From the NCBI GenBank assembly GCA_951406725.2, contig OX597826.1:24304001-24368000 (forward strand): DNA of 64,000 bases, read 5' to 3'. The stretch comes from Octopus vulgaris. Its lineage: Eukaryota. Below the pieces are notes generated by a model. It was not told the origin of the DNA. It ran no database searches and worked only from the letters and a program-made list of their open reading frames with translations. Position 1 is the first letter of the stretch; every line of letters starts with the position of its first letter. Shown here in pieces: positions 41,343 through 56,356 of the stretch. The translations under genes and the position numbers were made by a program.

Positions 41343-43351
41343 GTGTATATATATATATATATGGAATGCCTCTTTTTGTGTATGTTTCATTAAAATACTC
41401 AGCTCTGTTCATGTTTTATCTTTTTTATTTTAGATTTTTCATATTTTCTTACTATGCATACATCATCATTTATCATCCATCTTCCATGTTGGCATGGGTT
41501 GGATGGCTTGACAGGAGCTGACAAGCCAGGGGACTGCACCAAGCTTCACTGTCTGTTTTGGAATGGTTTTTATGGCTGGTTATCCTTCCCAATACCAACT
41601 ACTTTACAGAGTGGATTGGGTGTTTTTAACGTGGCACCAGCACTAGCAAGTCTGTTTTGGCATGGTTTTTACAGCTAGATGCCCTTCCTAATGCCAGCCT
41701 CTTTACAGACTGGATTGGGTGCTTTTTATGTGGCACCAGCAGCTAGGTTGGACTGTTCAACAAAACCCAGCAAGCTGCATGACTGCCAGGCTCCAATGCC
41801 AAAGCTGACACATGATTTCACTGATTCTTGTCAAACTGTCCAGTGCATGCCAGCATGGAAAACAAACATTAACCCTTTAGTATTCAAATAGGCCAGATCA
41901 GGCCTCTCTCACTTACCCTGTAATGTTTTTTCTAAAAATAAACAGTTCTGTCATTGAAATCTGAAAGCTACCAGATAATGCTTGTTTATTTCAAAACAAT
42001 GTGAATAAGTAAGCATTACATTTAACAGAACAATCTGGATGCTAAAGGGTTGTTAAGAAATGATAATGATGTAGTACACACACACACAATGGATTTCGAA
42101 ATCAAATTTGATGATTGGCATACGTGCTAGTGGAGCACTAAGAGTACCATACGAGTGGGATCGTTGCCAGAGCAACAAGCTGGCCTCTGTGCCGGCAGCA
42201 CGTAAAATACACCATTCGAGTGTTATCGTTACCTGCGTCACCTTTACTGGCACTTGTGCTGATGGCACATGAAAAAACATTCAAGCGAGGTCGTTGCCAG
42301 TGCTGCTGGACTGGCTCCTGTGCAGGTGACACACAAAAAGCACCATTTGAGCATGGCCATTGCCAGTACCGCCTGACTGGCCCTCGTGCTGGTGGCACGT
42401 AAAAGCACCCACTACACTCTCAGAGTTGTTGGTGTTAGGAAGGGCATCCAGTTGTAGAAACTCTGCCAGATCAGATTAGAGTCTGATGCTGCCATCTGGT
42501 TCACCAGTCCTCAGTCAAACCGTCCAACCCATGCTAGCATGGAAAGCGGACGTTAAACGATGATGATGATGATAATTTCCATTGTCCACCACTTTCATTC
42601 ACAAAACCACTTGTCAGTCTGAGATTATAATACAAGACAGTTAAATGGCGCAAGATGTTACACAGCGGGACTGAACCCAAATCCACATGGCTGCAAAGCA
42701 AACCCCTTTGCCTCCTCAGCCATGGCCAAGTGTTTTCCTGGAAATCTGGGATATATACAGGTGCTCTGGGTTGGTGAATCACTTCCAGTTGTCTGACCGA
42801 TCATTTCCAGGCCATGATCATTCTCAAGTAGAGCTGACCAAAGAGCTACCACACATGGCTCTCTACTTCACTACATTCCACTCCACTCAATTTGACTGAA
42901 TGACTCAACTCGAGAGAGAGAGAGAGAGAGGGAGAGACTTTGGAGTATATTTCAATTAGAACAACACGTGCCAGGTTTTGAAATTCTTGGGCATTGCTCC
43001 TCTCTGAATTGAACTTGTCTATTCTAAGAATAGAATCTCAGTTCTCACCTAGTTTCTTTCACAGTTCTGAACAAAGCATTTTGTTTTACAGGTCAAAAAA
43101 AATATTCAAACAAAAAAGGAAGAAAAGAAAGATAACCAGTTCTCCTCTTCTTTCTCTTCTCTGTCATCCTTCTCTTTTTTTTCTTCCCCCTTCAATTAGC
43201 TTGCTCTGCCTGGTCACCAATAAGTATCATTATTAGTTTTGGCTCACAATTTGCTAAGTGGCCCTAAGTAAAGTCTTGGCCACCACTTCAGGTTGTGTTT
43301 TGACCTTAAAGACACTTAAGTATGGTAACATTATTGCAGTAGTTGTTGTTG

Positions 43352-43383
<32 letters not shown>

Positions 43384-44620
43384 GGTGGTGGTGTTTGTAC
43401 ACTGTCTTCCTCTTCTAAATTTTTTTTTTTTGCCAAGTGGTTGAAATTATTTCTTTGATGATAAGGAAGGAAATCAGTGAGAGAGAAGGGTGGGGGAGAG
43501 AAACAAAGGAAGAAAGCAGAGGCGGGGAGACGGTCAGACAGACAGACAGGCAAAGAAAGGTGTATGGGGATGTAATTAAATAATACTTCTTTTTGGCTTC
43601 ATATTTCAAAGCTTAAATAATATTTTGTTGTTTTTTTTCATCTTTCCTGCTTCAGTATGTCTGCATCTGTATTTAATACACACAGACAGACACACACACA
43701 TATGCACATACATATGCATATATATGTGTTTATGTGTGCACACACATATATGCGGCCATCCAAAATTATTCAGCTCATTAGAAGAATTACATATATATAT
43801 ATATATATTGTTTTTTTTGTTCATTTTTGTTTTTTATTTATTATCTATTTATGTAAAAAAGTTTTCTTGCTGTTATTTTATATCTTCCAAAAGACAAAGA
43901 CAAAAGATGACATCACATTGTCAGGTGGTAGTGTTGTTGCTGCTGCTGTTGTTCTAGATGATGATGATGATGATAACCAAAAAAATTGTGGTGGTGATGG
44001 CAGTGGTGGTTGTTATACAAGGAGTGGCGGTGATGATGTTTGCAATCATTTTTTAACAATTATATGTATATATATATGTATGTATGTATGTATGTATATG
44101 TGTGTGTATATATGTTTGTGTGTCTGTGTTTGTCCCCCCAACATCGCTTGACAACTGATGCTGGTGTGTTTGCGTCCCTGTAACTTAGCTGTTTGGCAAA
44201 AGAGACCAATAGAATAAGTACTAGGCTTGCAAAGAATAAGTCCTGGGTCGATTTGCTCGACTAAAAGCAGTGCTCCAGCATGGCCACAGTCAAATGACTG
44301 AAACAAGTAAAAGAGTATCATGTCTGTCCTGATCGAGCAGGCCCCTGGCCAAAATAATTCCTTCATCTTCATTATTTTGCTATCAACAAGAAACTCTGGG
44401 AACCTACATTAGCCAGTGTAGGATGTGATTTGAGGAGATATTTGGTTGCTATTTCTAGCAGGTTGAGCAATTAACCACATAAAGACCCATCCATTAGCTC
44501 AATATTAATGGTTGCAGTGAGGTAGTAGTATGAAGGTGATGATTTTGGTTGTGAATATATGGTTAAGAAGCTTGCTTTGCAACTGTGTTTTCAGTTTCAA
44601 TCCCACTGCAGAACACCTTA

Positions 44621-44661
<41 letters not shown>

Positions 44662-44697
44662 ATACATACATATACATATATATATATATACACACAC

Positions 44698-44728
<31 letters not shown>

Positions 44729-46195
44729 CATACATATATCTTCTTTTATTGCCCTTGGCCAACCAAAGCTTTCGAATAAATTTGGTAAACGGGCACTGAA
44801 AAGAAACTCATTGTGTGTGTGCATATGTGTGTACTTGTGTGTGTATGTGTGTTTGTGCCGCCGTGTGTGTATGAGTGTGTGAGTGCCCTTGTCTTGACAT
44901 CATGTAAACTGGTTGTAAACGAGCATCATTGTTATACAAGCAGCGCTCTTTCTTTCCAGTGTTCCACGATAAACATGTCTGGCCATTGCAAAATATCTTT
45001 GCTTGGAAACAGGTATGGGTTGGAAACAGGAAGAGCATCCAGCTGTAGAAAATCTACCACGGCGAATTGTCTGACATATGCAAGCATGGAAAAGTGACCA
45101 TTAAATGATGATGATAGGATTGTTAGATGATAAAGAGACCGGTGTAATGGAGATGCAGATGATGAGGGTGACATAGTTAGTTATATGCAGGTAGATGGGA
45201 ATAGAGGTGGAGGGAATAATGATGGTGGCAGTTTTTTTTTTTATTTTCTTTTATTCCACTTTTACAGTTAAATCATTTGATACAATTTGCAAGAGGAACT
45301 GAAAAAAACTCAATAAAAAATATGCTCTATTTCGTTTAAGTTTGGAAAGGCGTGTATTGGTGTGTGTGTGTGTGTGTGTGTGTCCACACATACATTTTAT
45401 AGCGATAAACATGTGTGCACACATCACATATGCGCACAGCTATAGATGAAACTCCAGTATTTTTAATATGTGAATATGCAGGTGTTTGTACATGTGAATG
45501 TACTTTTTGTGTGCATGTGATTGCACATATGTGTGTATGTTTGGGTGCATTTGTGGGTATATGTATACAGGTAAATGAGGGTGCATTTACATAGGCAGAT
45601 GTGCATGTAGATAAATGCATGTAGCTGGGTATGTAAGCATGCATAAATATTAGCACACACATACAAGCTTCAATTCCTGGGATTCAGTTTTAGTGTGTGT
45701 GTGTGTGTGCTCATTTAAGAATGTGCATATCTATGCATAAATGTTTACAAACACACACACATGCACCAATTACTGGTATTGACTCTGTAACTATGTGTAT
45801 GTATCTGTGTACATCTGTATGCATATGTGTTTGAACATACATATGCATACACATATACATCGATTTCTGATGTCTAAAGGGTGTCTATCTATGAATATGC
45901 ATGTGTGCACATGTTCGCTTACACATACACACACATACAAGCAGTCATGCACACGCACACACTTCATATCCTGGCATTTTTTCTGTAATTATATGTACTT
46001 ATGTATGTATATGCATGTATGTATGTACATATGTAATTATTTATATGCATATGTATGTATGTACATTCATATGTATGTGTATAAATATGTATGAATTATG
46101 TATGTATATGCATATGTGTGTATGTATCTATGTATGCTTAAGTGTTTACACACCACACATATCAAATTCTAATGTTTCATCTGTAATTGAGCATG

Positions 46196-46255
<60 letters not shown>

Positions 46256-47364
46256 CCTCCACACTCATACATTTCTATTTATATGACCTCCATTCCATAT
46301 ATAAAGAAGTTTCTCTTCAGTCTTTTTTTTCATACACGTCTAAAGTAAACTGTTGATTCTCTCTTCGAATATATAAAAAAAGGAAAAGAAATCTATTTCT
46401 CATGCGCACACACAGAGACTCACATACTTATAAAGGTATGTATACATATATACATATGTGTATGTATACTTAAAGATGTGTGTGTGTGTATATATACATA
46501 TACACATATATATATACATACGTACATACATATATATACTTACATATATGTATATATGTATATATATATATATACACGCACACACACACATATATGTATG
46601 TATATCATTGACAAAAATATCAATGATCGAATCTCAATGCATTTCAGGTCAAGCCTATTCATTCATCTAACACATGCAGGGTGAAGAATCTATAGCCTTC
46701 AGCTGTATTACATACAGCCTGCTGTCCTCTATTTGTGAGCAATTCTTAAACATGACATTTTCAATTCATTCATATCTTCTGCTGTTATTGCTGCTGCTGC
46801 TGTAGTTGTTGTTGTTATAAAGGTGACTTAGTGCATTGAAGTCCCTTTTTTTTTCACATTCTGAGTTCAAATCATGCTAGGGCCAACTTTGCCTTTTCTT
46901 CTTCTGAGGTTGATGAAATGAAGTGCCAGTCAAGAATTCATCATCATCATCATCATCATCGTTTAACGTCCGCTTTCCATGCTAGTATGGATTGGACAAT
47001 TCTGACTGAGGGCTGGCGAACCAGATGGCTGCACCAGGCTCCAATCTTGATCTGGAAGAGCTTCTACAGCTGGATACCCTTCCTAACGCCAATCACTCCG
47101 AGAGTGTAGTGGGTGCTTCTTACATGCCACCGGCACGGGGCCAGTCGGGCGGTACTGGCAACGACCTCTTTTCTCTCTCTCTTGTCTGTCCCTGCTCCTC
47201 TGACCAATTTCCAATCCCATACCAGTCTCAACAAATTTTGTCCGACCCATGCATGCAAGGAAAAGTGAGCACTAGATAATGATGGTGGTTGTGGCAGTGG
47301 TGGCATAAGCTACCTGAATGTCCTCCAATATCAAACTGGTAAAAAAAAAAAAATTTTTACTTAT

Positions 47365-47665
47365 GCGCGCTTTTCAAGCCTAGCCAGGCTCATGGGCCCG
47401 GTTTCCCGGTTTCAATGGCGTATGTGTTCTCCCTCAACTGGACGGGACACCAGTCCATCGCAGTGTTACTCAAGAAACAGGAAGAAAGAGTGAGAGAAAT
47501 TGGGGCCGAAAGAATACAACAGGGATCGCTACCAACCCCTGCCGGAGCCTCATAGCGCTTTAGGTGTTTTCGCTTAATAAACACACACAGTGCCTGGTCT
47601 GGGAATCGAAACCTCTATCCTCCGACCGCGAGTCTGATGTCCTAACCACTGGGCCATTGCGCCTC
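47365..47665 (-). mobile_element. tRNA-headed SINE family D (head possibly Arg-like); copies ~8195-8500(-), 38545-38825(-), 48720-49000(+)
   Basis: Minus head gaggcgcaatggcccagtggttagg...ggtttcgattccc; shared ttctctcactctttcttcc segment. Confidence 0.7.
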
Positions 47666-49420
47666 TACAGAAAAAAAAATAACATAAAAGTAAATATTGA
47701 AAGTAAAACAAATTTCCTTATGCAAAAAATGAGGTTTAACAGACTGAAAAATTATAGTCCAAATGTTTATTTTGTTGTTTTATTTTATTTTTTGTTTTGT
47801 TTGTGTGGTGATGGTACAGAGGTTTGCTGTTGACTTTTGTATTTATTTCTCTGATATACTGTAACATCTTGTTGCCTAAGTCACAGATAATCAATATGCA
47901 TTGAACAATTCTTGTTTTTTTTAATGCTGCAAATTTTCATGAGTGAATTTGGTAGACAGAAACTGAAAGAAGCCCATCACACACACACAGAGGCACGCAT
48001 GCATGCATACATGCGCACACACACACATGACAGGCTTCTTTCAGTTTCCATCTACTCATTGAGCATTGGTCCTAGATTTATATATAAATTTATCTATCTC
48101 TTATTTTGCACTTGTTTAAGTACAGTCCTGCTGGGACACTGCCTTGAAGCCATGCTGGAGTTTAAGTGTGGCCATGCTGGAGTAATGCTTTGAATTTAAG
48201 TGCAGCCATGCTGGGCCACTGCCTTGAAGAGTTTAATAAAAAAAATCACTCCCAGAAGTTATTTTTTAAACCTGGTAATTATTCTATCTGTCTCTTTAAC
48301 CAAACTACTAAGTTACAGGATCATAAACAAACACTTATTGAGAAACAAAGGCAAGATTCAAACACGAACAGACACACATATATATATTGTTGCTATTATG
48401 TTAAACTGTCGTATGTCCAATTTTGGCCAAATGCGTTTTTTTTTGTTTTGTGTTTTGTTTTGTTTTTTTTTTTCAATATTTATTTTTGCTTGCAATAGCT
48501 GATTCTTTTGGTCAGACTATAATATTTCCAGTTGTTTTGGATGCCAAGATATCAAAAATTGTCAAAGTTTAGTTCAACAGTTTTGCTATGGAATGGTGTA
48601 ACTATTTTTGCGTTTTCTGAAAAAGCAATGTTTTGGACTTACTACACTTTTGCATAATAACAACAATATATATTATATGTACACATAATCCATATACATA
48701 TAATATCTATATTATGTAGTGGAGGTACATGGCCTAGTGGTTAGAGCAGCAGATTCACGGTCGAGGGATCACAGGTTCAAATCTCAGACCAGGCAAGCAA
48801 AAAACCTAAGCTCCATGCGGCTCCGGCAGAAGGTAATGGCAAACTTCTGCTGACTATTTTGCCACAACTTTCTCTCACTCTTTCCTCCTGCATTTTGCAG
48901 CTCACCTGCAATGGTCTGGCATCATGTCCAGGTGGGGAACCTATTCACCAAAGAAACCAGGAAACTGGCCCTTATGAGCCAGATATGGCTCGAGAAAAAG
49001 CAAATAAACAAAACAATGTATATTATGTGGGTAGGGTTAAAATCTAAGTTGTATCCTCTGTGTCCTTTCTTATTGGAAATTTCTTACATGTCTCCTTCAT
49101 GTACAATTTTGTGATTCCTATTAGCAAATGAAACACATGTAATGAGGAATAAATAATACAAAATAATTTTTCCTACTACCTGTTTTGTTACGCATATATA
49201 CATACAGTGGGCTTCTTTCAGTTTCTGTCTACCAAATCCTTCTCAAAAAGGCTTTGGTGGACTCAGGGCTATTGGAAAAGACATTCTTCCTAAGTGCCAT
49301 ACAGTGAGACTGAACCTAAAATCGCATTGTTGCGAAGCAGACTTCTTATCACACAGCCACTCCTAAGCTACTTTCTTTTCTGAGATTTTTCTTTTTGCAA
49401 TAGCGCCACTAAATCCATCA

Positions 49421-49520
49421 NNNNNNNNNNNNNNNNNNNNNNNNNNNNNNNNNNNNNNNNNNNNNNNNNNNNNNNNNNNNNNNNNNNNNNNNNNNNNNNN
49501 NNNNNNNNNNNNNNNNNNNN
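49421..49520. other. Assembly gap (100 N)
   Basis: Run of n; contiguity across it is unverified. Confidence 1.
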
Positions 49521-49847
49521 ATCCGACCGTGGCCGTCTGCCAGCCTCGTCTGGCACATGTGTCGGTGGCACATAAAATCACCCACTACACTCTCGGAGTG
49601 GTTGGCGTTAGGAAGGGCATCCAGCTGTAGAAACACTGCCAGATCTGACTGGCCTGGTGCAGCCTTCGGGCTCCTCAGACCCCAGTTGAACCGTCCAACC
49701 CATGCTAGCATGGAAAGCGGACGTTAAATGATGATGATGATGATGATGTGGTTGTGTAGACAATCAACTGTACTTGACTGAGTATACCAAAGCCCTTGAG
49801 GCTAATCAAGAAACATATATTGTAATAAATGTACAGTCCATAATATA

Positions 49848-50221
49848 TTGGGCTATCCGGAAAGTTCATGCCGATTTTGAATGGAAAGAAAAAGGTCAAT
49901 AAATACTTGCCATTACATTTTTAATTAACCAAATACAAACCCTTTTGTTGCACAATGTGTCTCCATCTTTCCTTTAACTTGAAAATACCCTCTTCCCAGA
50001 ATTGAGGTGGTTTCATGGCAAAGAATTCATCAAGGTATCTTTTTATATCATCCAAGGAATTGAAATTTTTACCATTTAGACTATTCTTCCACGAAAAGAT
50101 AGCTTGAACTGTGCTCTAAATGGAGGTGTAGTCAAATCCTATTTTATGGACTCAACCATGTTCTAAAATAAGTCGAAAGGTGAGCTACTATAAATCAGCA
50201 CAAACTTTCCAGACAACCCAA
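49848..50221 (-). mobile_element. Internally deleted mariner element
   Basis: TA|TTGGGCTATCCGGAAAGTT ... AACTTTCCAGACAACCCAA|TA TIRs with TA TSD. Confidence 0.85.
49921..50085 (-). pseudogene. Mariner transposase C-terminal fragment
   Basis: NSLNGKNFNSLDDIKRYLDEFFAMKPPQFWEEGIFKLKERWRHIVQQKGLYLVN*, matching the mariner C-terminal pattern L.GK.F...FF......GI.KL.ERW......G.Y. Confidence 0.85.
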
Positions 50222-51130
50222 TACTTTGAATTTATGCAAGGAGCAGATTCTGAGAGAGGTGAATAATATATGAATAAATAACAACAGATGGATAATGTGT
50301 CAATTCACTACAGCTGTTTCCAACAAATTTCTAATTGATTAAGGGAGACATTACATCATTTGAAAAAATCATTTTCATCACTTTAGTAGACATTTACCCA
50401 AGGTGCCATGCAGTTGGTATGAACCAGAAACCATGTGGTTATGAAGCAAGATTTTTAATCACACAACCATGTTTGTGCCTGATACACTTAAAAACATAAT
50501 TATTCAGTTAATGTTTCAACACTTTCTAAAGAATTTAATGCCCTCTTTCAGTTTCATAAAACCAAAGCCAGAAGCACCACTTTCTTGCTCTTAATCACAG
50601 GGTTTTACTTGTATTTGAACTCATTACCTTTAGATCAAATATATAGCAATGCACTGTAATTATACATAAAAAAGAATTTGCTGATTCAACACCTTTTGGC
50701 ATAACTAAACTGTGTTAATCTTACCATGGAAATATAATCCATTAAGAGCCTAATCTTCATGCTGTTAATCTGTCAGTTGTAAATAATAAATGTAAAAAGC
50801 TTATCATTTTCAAGGCAAATGAAATGAGATATAGTGTTCTTTATATCTTTCCTCGAAAGGGTATTAACAACCTAACTGTAGCTAGTTTAACTGGTTATGT
50901 ACAAGCTGTGATTGAGGTTTGGTACATCAAATACTTATTACTGTTATATATAGTTCCACCCATACCAGCATGGAAGGCAGACGTTAAATGTTGATGATGA
51001 TGGTGGTGATGATAGTGTTTGATGACACTACCATCACTGCATCATCATCATCATCATTATCAACAGCAACATCAGCAGTAAGCATAACTAAGGCATAATC
51101 AAAGCATAAAGTTTTTTTTTTTTGCAACCA

Positions 51131-51519
51131 GGCACAGGAGTGGCTGTGTGGTAAGTAGCTTGCTTACCAACCACATGGTTCCGGGTTCAGTCCCACTGTA
51201 TAGCACTTTGGGCAAGGGTCTTCTACTATAGCCTCAGGCTGACCAAAGCCTTGTGAGTGAATTTGGCAGACGGAAACTGAAAGAAGCCCGTCATATATAT
51301 GTATATATATATATGTTTGTGTGTCTGTGTTTGTCCCACCCCAAAATCGCTTGACAACCAATGCTGGTGTGTTTGTGTCCCCATAACTTAGCGGTTTGGC
51401 AAAAGAGACTGATAGAATAAGTTCGAGGCTTACAAAGAATAAGTCCTGGGGTCAATTTGCTTGACTAAAGGTGGTGCTCCAGTATGGCCACAGTCAAATG
51501 ACTGAAACAAGTAAAAGAG
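51131..51519 (+). mobile_element. tRNA-derived SINE family A (CORE-like segment, internal TA/TG microsatellite); copies ~2245-2698(-), 10841-11255(+), 11288-11668(-), 22528-22942(+), 27335-27979(-), 28423-28839(-), 34033-34432(-), 56795-57143(-)
   Basis: Head ggagtggctgtgtggtaag...ggttcagtccc (A/B boxes); accttgggcaagtg; tail ...gtcaaatgactgaaacaagtaaaagag. Confidence 0.85.
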
Positions 51520-53292
51520 AAACCATGTGGTTTTAGATTCAGTTGCACAGGCAATAGGTTGTGCTTGAGAAAACCTCTCAAGCCAAGTGAAATCGTGGTC
51601 GTTGCTGATGCCACTGTCGCATAACTGACATTTAAAAAGTTCCCTTCAAACTTTGGGTCTCACAGAGGCGGTGACAAGTGACAAAGACTTTTGACAATGT
51701 ACCATGCTTGAGAAGATCTGTCAAGCCAAGTGAGATCATAGTCGTGACCGATGCTGGTTCTGTGTAACTGGCACCCATGCTGGTGGCACATAAATAGCAC
51801 TGTTTGGACATTGGGCCTCACAGAATCATTGACAAGTGACCGAGACCTTTGGCAATATGTCATACTTGAGAAGACCTGCCAAGCTGACATCACAGTCATG
51901 GCTGATGCCAGTGTTTCGTAACTGGTACATAAAAAGCACCCTCAACACATTTGGGGTGGTTGGCATTAGGAAGGGCATCCTGTTGTAAAAATCTTGCCAG
52001 ATTAGAACCCAGTGCAGAAACCATCCAACCCATGCCCACATGGAAAATGGACACTAAATGATGATGATGATGTGCAACACTTTTAGCAAGTGTCTTCTGT
52101 TATAGCCCCAGGCCAACCAATGTCTCAATGCTTTGTGAATAAATTTGGTGGACTGTAACTGTGTGAAAGTCTTATGTGTGTGTGTGTCCACTACTTGTTC
52201 GCCAGCCCTCAGTCAAATCATCCAACCCATGCTAGCATGGAAAGTGGACGTTAAACGATGATGATGATGATGCTATCAAATGCAGCAAGTGGTGTATTTT
52301 ATTAGAAATATCTTAATGCAAGTTGTCTTTGGCTAAAAACATTATGTACAACAATGAGGGCCTCAACTGGGGAGTTCATGTATTTTGAGGAGTATGGAAC
52401 TATCCCTTAGTGACCACAACACCCTGGATGACTCTGGCCAGTCGTGCCTGTCAAGGGTTTGAGTTATGGGTTAAAGTGATCCTGTGGATAAAGCATACAG
52501 GGGAAGGGCTAGCCCCTAGACATGTGTTACACAGTAATACCTATGTGTGGTCATGGCCCGATGTTATGCAAATGTGTCCTCCTGACTAAGGTTTGAATTG
52601 AACCATTGCCTCAAAGGTAAACTTGAGAGAGCAGAAGACTAACAAACTAAATTATAAATAAATTGGCAGATCGCTGCAAGAAACTATTACTGTATCATTC
52701 CCATGACAATTCATGAATCTTCTTCAGGTTTTATTATAAAGGTCCATGACCGCTGACACTTGTAGGCATCATAAATAAAGAGAGATATAATGAAAGGGGT
52801 GAGCAATACAGCCTAGTAAATTACATTTAGAGAATCAGCAGTTAACCTACATCTTCTTCTTCTTAATCCACTTCACTTATGAAGGTAGAAACACAAAATT
52901 TCAAATACGAATAACTTGTAGTAATGATTACTATAGACTCACACATACATATATATGTACATACTTTCAGTATGGGTTGGTTCTAAGCACAGAATACTCA
53001 CCTACTGTAAGGCAGTATGATAATATGTATTAACACACACTTATATGTATGTGTGTGTATATATCCAAATAAACACAAGCACATACACACACACACTCAC
53101 ACACACATCTTCAAAGCATGTGTAACATTTGTGGTATGCTTAACACCTAAATGCTCAAAACCTATGAAGTCAATGACCTGTTCATTTTACAAACCATGTC
53201 GAATGGATTTTAGATATTAAGTGTTTACAGAAGATGGCTGAACACAATTTGTAGATCTTTATCATGCAAGGCCTTTATCAAAACACTCCCAT

Positions 53293-53324
<32 letters not shown>

Positions 53325-54092
53325 GAGGTGCAGAAGTGGTGGTGTGAGGAAGAAGTTTGCTTCTCAACTTTGTCCTTTTGGATAGAGTCCCACTGTGTGG
53401 CACTTTCTTCAGGCCAGGATGAACCAAAACCTTGCAAGTGGATCTGATAGACAGAAATTGAAAGAAGCTTGTCATGTGAATATGTGTGCAACAATAAGAT
53501 AGTTCATTCTTCATCTTGATGGATACTACAGGTTGAAGGAGTATACATGCATATAAATATATATATATGTTTGTATGTATGTATGTAAGGAGGTGCATGG
53601 CTTAGTGGTTAGGGTATTGGATTCATAACTGTAAGATTGCGATTTTGATTCCTAGACCAGGTAATCCATTGTGGTCTTGAGTAAAAGACTTAATTTCATG
53701 TTGCTCCAGTCCACTCAGCTGTAGAAATGAGTTTTGCCTGGAGAGGGATGAGCTCTGCTAGGCTTTCTTGATCTAAATATGCTGCATGGCTGCAATGCCC
53801 CGACAACCCCAAAGGGGGTTAAGGACTTGTCATTGTCATATACACACACACTCACAAAAAATCAGTTGATTGCTCAAGAAATCATTATATCACTTGTTTT
53901 AAACATTGCCTGATAAGCACGAGAATTGCATAATGTATCACATAATCCAAAGAACTGTATTGCGCTTGCACCAAAATTTTAATTCTTAGCAAAACAGTTG
54001 TGGCAACATTTAAAATGCATTCATTTGGTTCTATATAACTGTTTCACCATTATCGACATTGTGATTTTTCGGCCAGGTCATGTGCTGGTTTA

Positions 54093-54309
54093 ACCCTCTA
54101 GCATTGAGATTGCCCTGTCAAATGTAACTCTTATTTATACAAATTGTTTTGAGTTAATCATGCATTATATTGTCCCTTCAAGATTTTGATTGTTTAGTTT
54201 TGTTTAGTGATTGTTTAGTTTTAGAGGAATATTGTAGGGTAGGTGTGAGAGGCCAATTTGAACCAGTAAAACATTTGGGCCTTATATGGTCAGTTTAAAC
54301 ACTAAAGGG
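54093..54309. mobile_element. piggyBac-type MITE (family 1, CCCTTTAGCATT ends); other copies ~1441-1667, 13180-13682, 17818-18200, 22397-23052, 23738-23873, 41870-42051
   Basis: TTAA|CCCTCTAGCATT ... AACACTAAAGGG|TTAA; shared internal ttgtagggtaggtgtgagaggcc. Confidence 0.75.
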
Positions 54310-54588
54310 TTAATAAGTCATACTTGGGCCCACATTGCTTTTGGTCACTTAAGGAGTCACCAGGTGAAGTGAATGAATTGTAAACATCAGTGAATAGTAA
54401 TACTAGCAATGTGAGTGTGTTGTTGACTGTCTATTTGTGTGTTGGTGTTGTTTACTGGTAGGGCTAGCTTGTTTGTTTTCTTGTTTCTGCTGTTATCACA
54501 TGATTCTTGGTTGGATTCTTTTTTTTTTTTCGTTTATTTTTGTCTTCTTACTGAACATTCACCTGTTGTCTTTGACAAGAAAGTCCAT

Positions 54589-54718
<130 letters not shown>

Positions 54719-56136
54719 TATATAGGATAAGTTCTGGGTAAGGCCAGAACAATGCGAAGTAAATGCAAGGCAGATCACAAGAAAACAAATATATGAATTA
54801 ATGTAGACTTACCTCGCATTCAATATTTCAGTGTTATGGCCCCATTTTCAAGAAATTAACAAATGTTGCCAATGCGCATATGTAGAGTGGACATGTGTTC
54901 CTATAGTTATATATATATTTATATGTAAATGCAAGGGATAAGCAAATTAGACAGATCCAACTTACACAGAGTATTTCATGTATTTAATATACTTTATATA
55001 TTAATTAGTCTAATTTACTTATACCTACATTTGCTTCTATACCCACTCAAGTTTGAATCCCCTGAGACTACTTAGTGTATTATTTATGAAGAACATCTGA
55101 ATCTCATCTATGAACTATATATTTGTATGTATGTGTGTGCGTGTGTATATATATGTATGTGTGTGTGTGTATGCATGTATATTGGCACTTGTGTCGGTGG
55201 CATGTGAAAAACGTTCTAGCAAGATCGTTGCCAATGACACTGGACTGGTCCCTGTGCGGGTGACACATAAAATACACCACTTGAGCGTGGCCAGTGCCAG
55301 TACCGCCTGACTGGCTCTCGTACCAGTGGCACGTAAAAGCACCCACTACACTCTCGGAGTGGTTGGCATTAGGAAGGGCATCCAGCTGTAGAAACTCTTC
55401 CAGATCAGATTGGAGCCTGGTGCAGCCATCTGGTTCGCCAGTCCTCAGTCAAATCATCCAACCCATGCCAGCATGGAAAGCGGATGTTAAACGACGGTGT
55501 GTGTGTGTTTGTGTATGTATAGGTATATACATATGTGTTTGTATACATATGTGTGTATCTAAATGTGTCTGTGTCTCATTGCTTTAGTATCACAGGATAT
55601 CATTATCCTAGACGCAATAACATCAGAAGTGAGCAGTATCCTGATGTCATTGTTTTAAGCCCAGGCCAATCCCCATCAAGCAAACTTTCACTCAAAGACA
55701 TTCTAACTGTTACCATTCTATCTTATTCTCGTTTACAGTCCACCAAGGAGTGCATCCCCACCACAACCATCACCACCAATATGTTCATCCTTGATTATTC
55801 TGATTTCTTTTGCTCATGAATGCTAAATAGATTTTTTTTTTTTACGGTTGGACTCTAGACAATATTCCACAATTATATTAAATATAACCACTAAGAATTT
55901 AGTGAATGGAAAACTGTTATGTGTGTATGTGTTTAAGTCTCTCTCTCGTTCTCCCCCCTCTCTCTCTCTCTTCTTTCTCCCCCCACTCTCTCTCTCTCTT
56001 CCTCCTCCCCCTCTCTCTGTAACTTATCTTTGCATGACACCCCTATCCTACCCATATGTTTGTTGTTTACGTGTCCATAACTTTGCAGCTAGACAAAATG
56101 AAGGATGACAGTAAATACCAGAATTAAAATAATTAA

Positions 56137-56356
56137 CCCTTTCGTTACTGTATTTATTTTGAGATGCTCTGTGTTTCTTTCAATTATTTTAAATATAACA
56201 AAGAATTTAGTAAAAGAACTTAGTTATCATTAAGCTGGTGTTAGGAACATAAATTGTGACTAAGGTTTGGTGGAAGATTTTAATTCAAAACTTATGAAAA
56301 CAAGACGTTTGTACTCAGAGCCATAACTGGTTTCAGCTGGGTTGGTAATGAAAGGG
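56137..56356. mobile_element. piggyBac-type MITE (family 2); related copies ~6556-6781, 12524-12978 (two in tandem), 15307-15511
   Basis: TTAA|CCCTTTCGTTAC ... GTAATGAAAGGG|TTAA. Confidence 0.8.

Noticed and set aside
44518-44540. let-7-like TGAGGTAGTAG
   Set aside because: Only the 5' 11 nt match and I see no precursor hairpin.
50309-50320. GAAACAGCTGTA half-hammerhead (minus strand; also + at ~57303)
   Set aside because: No matching CTGANGA and stems found; at most decayed PLE relics.
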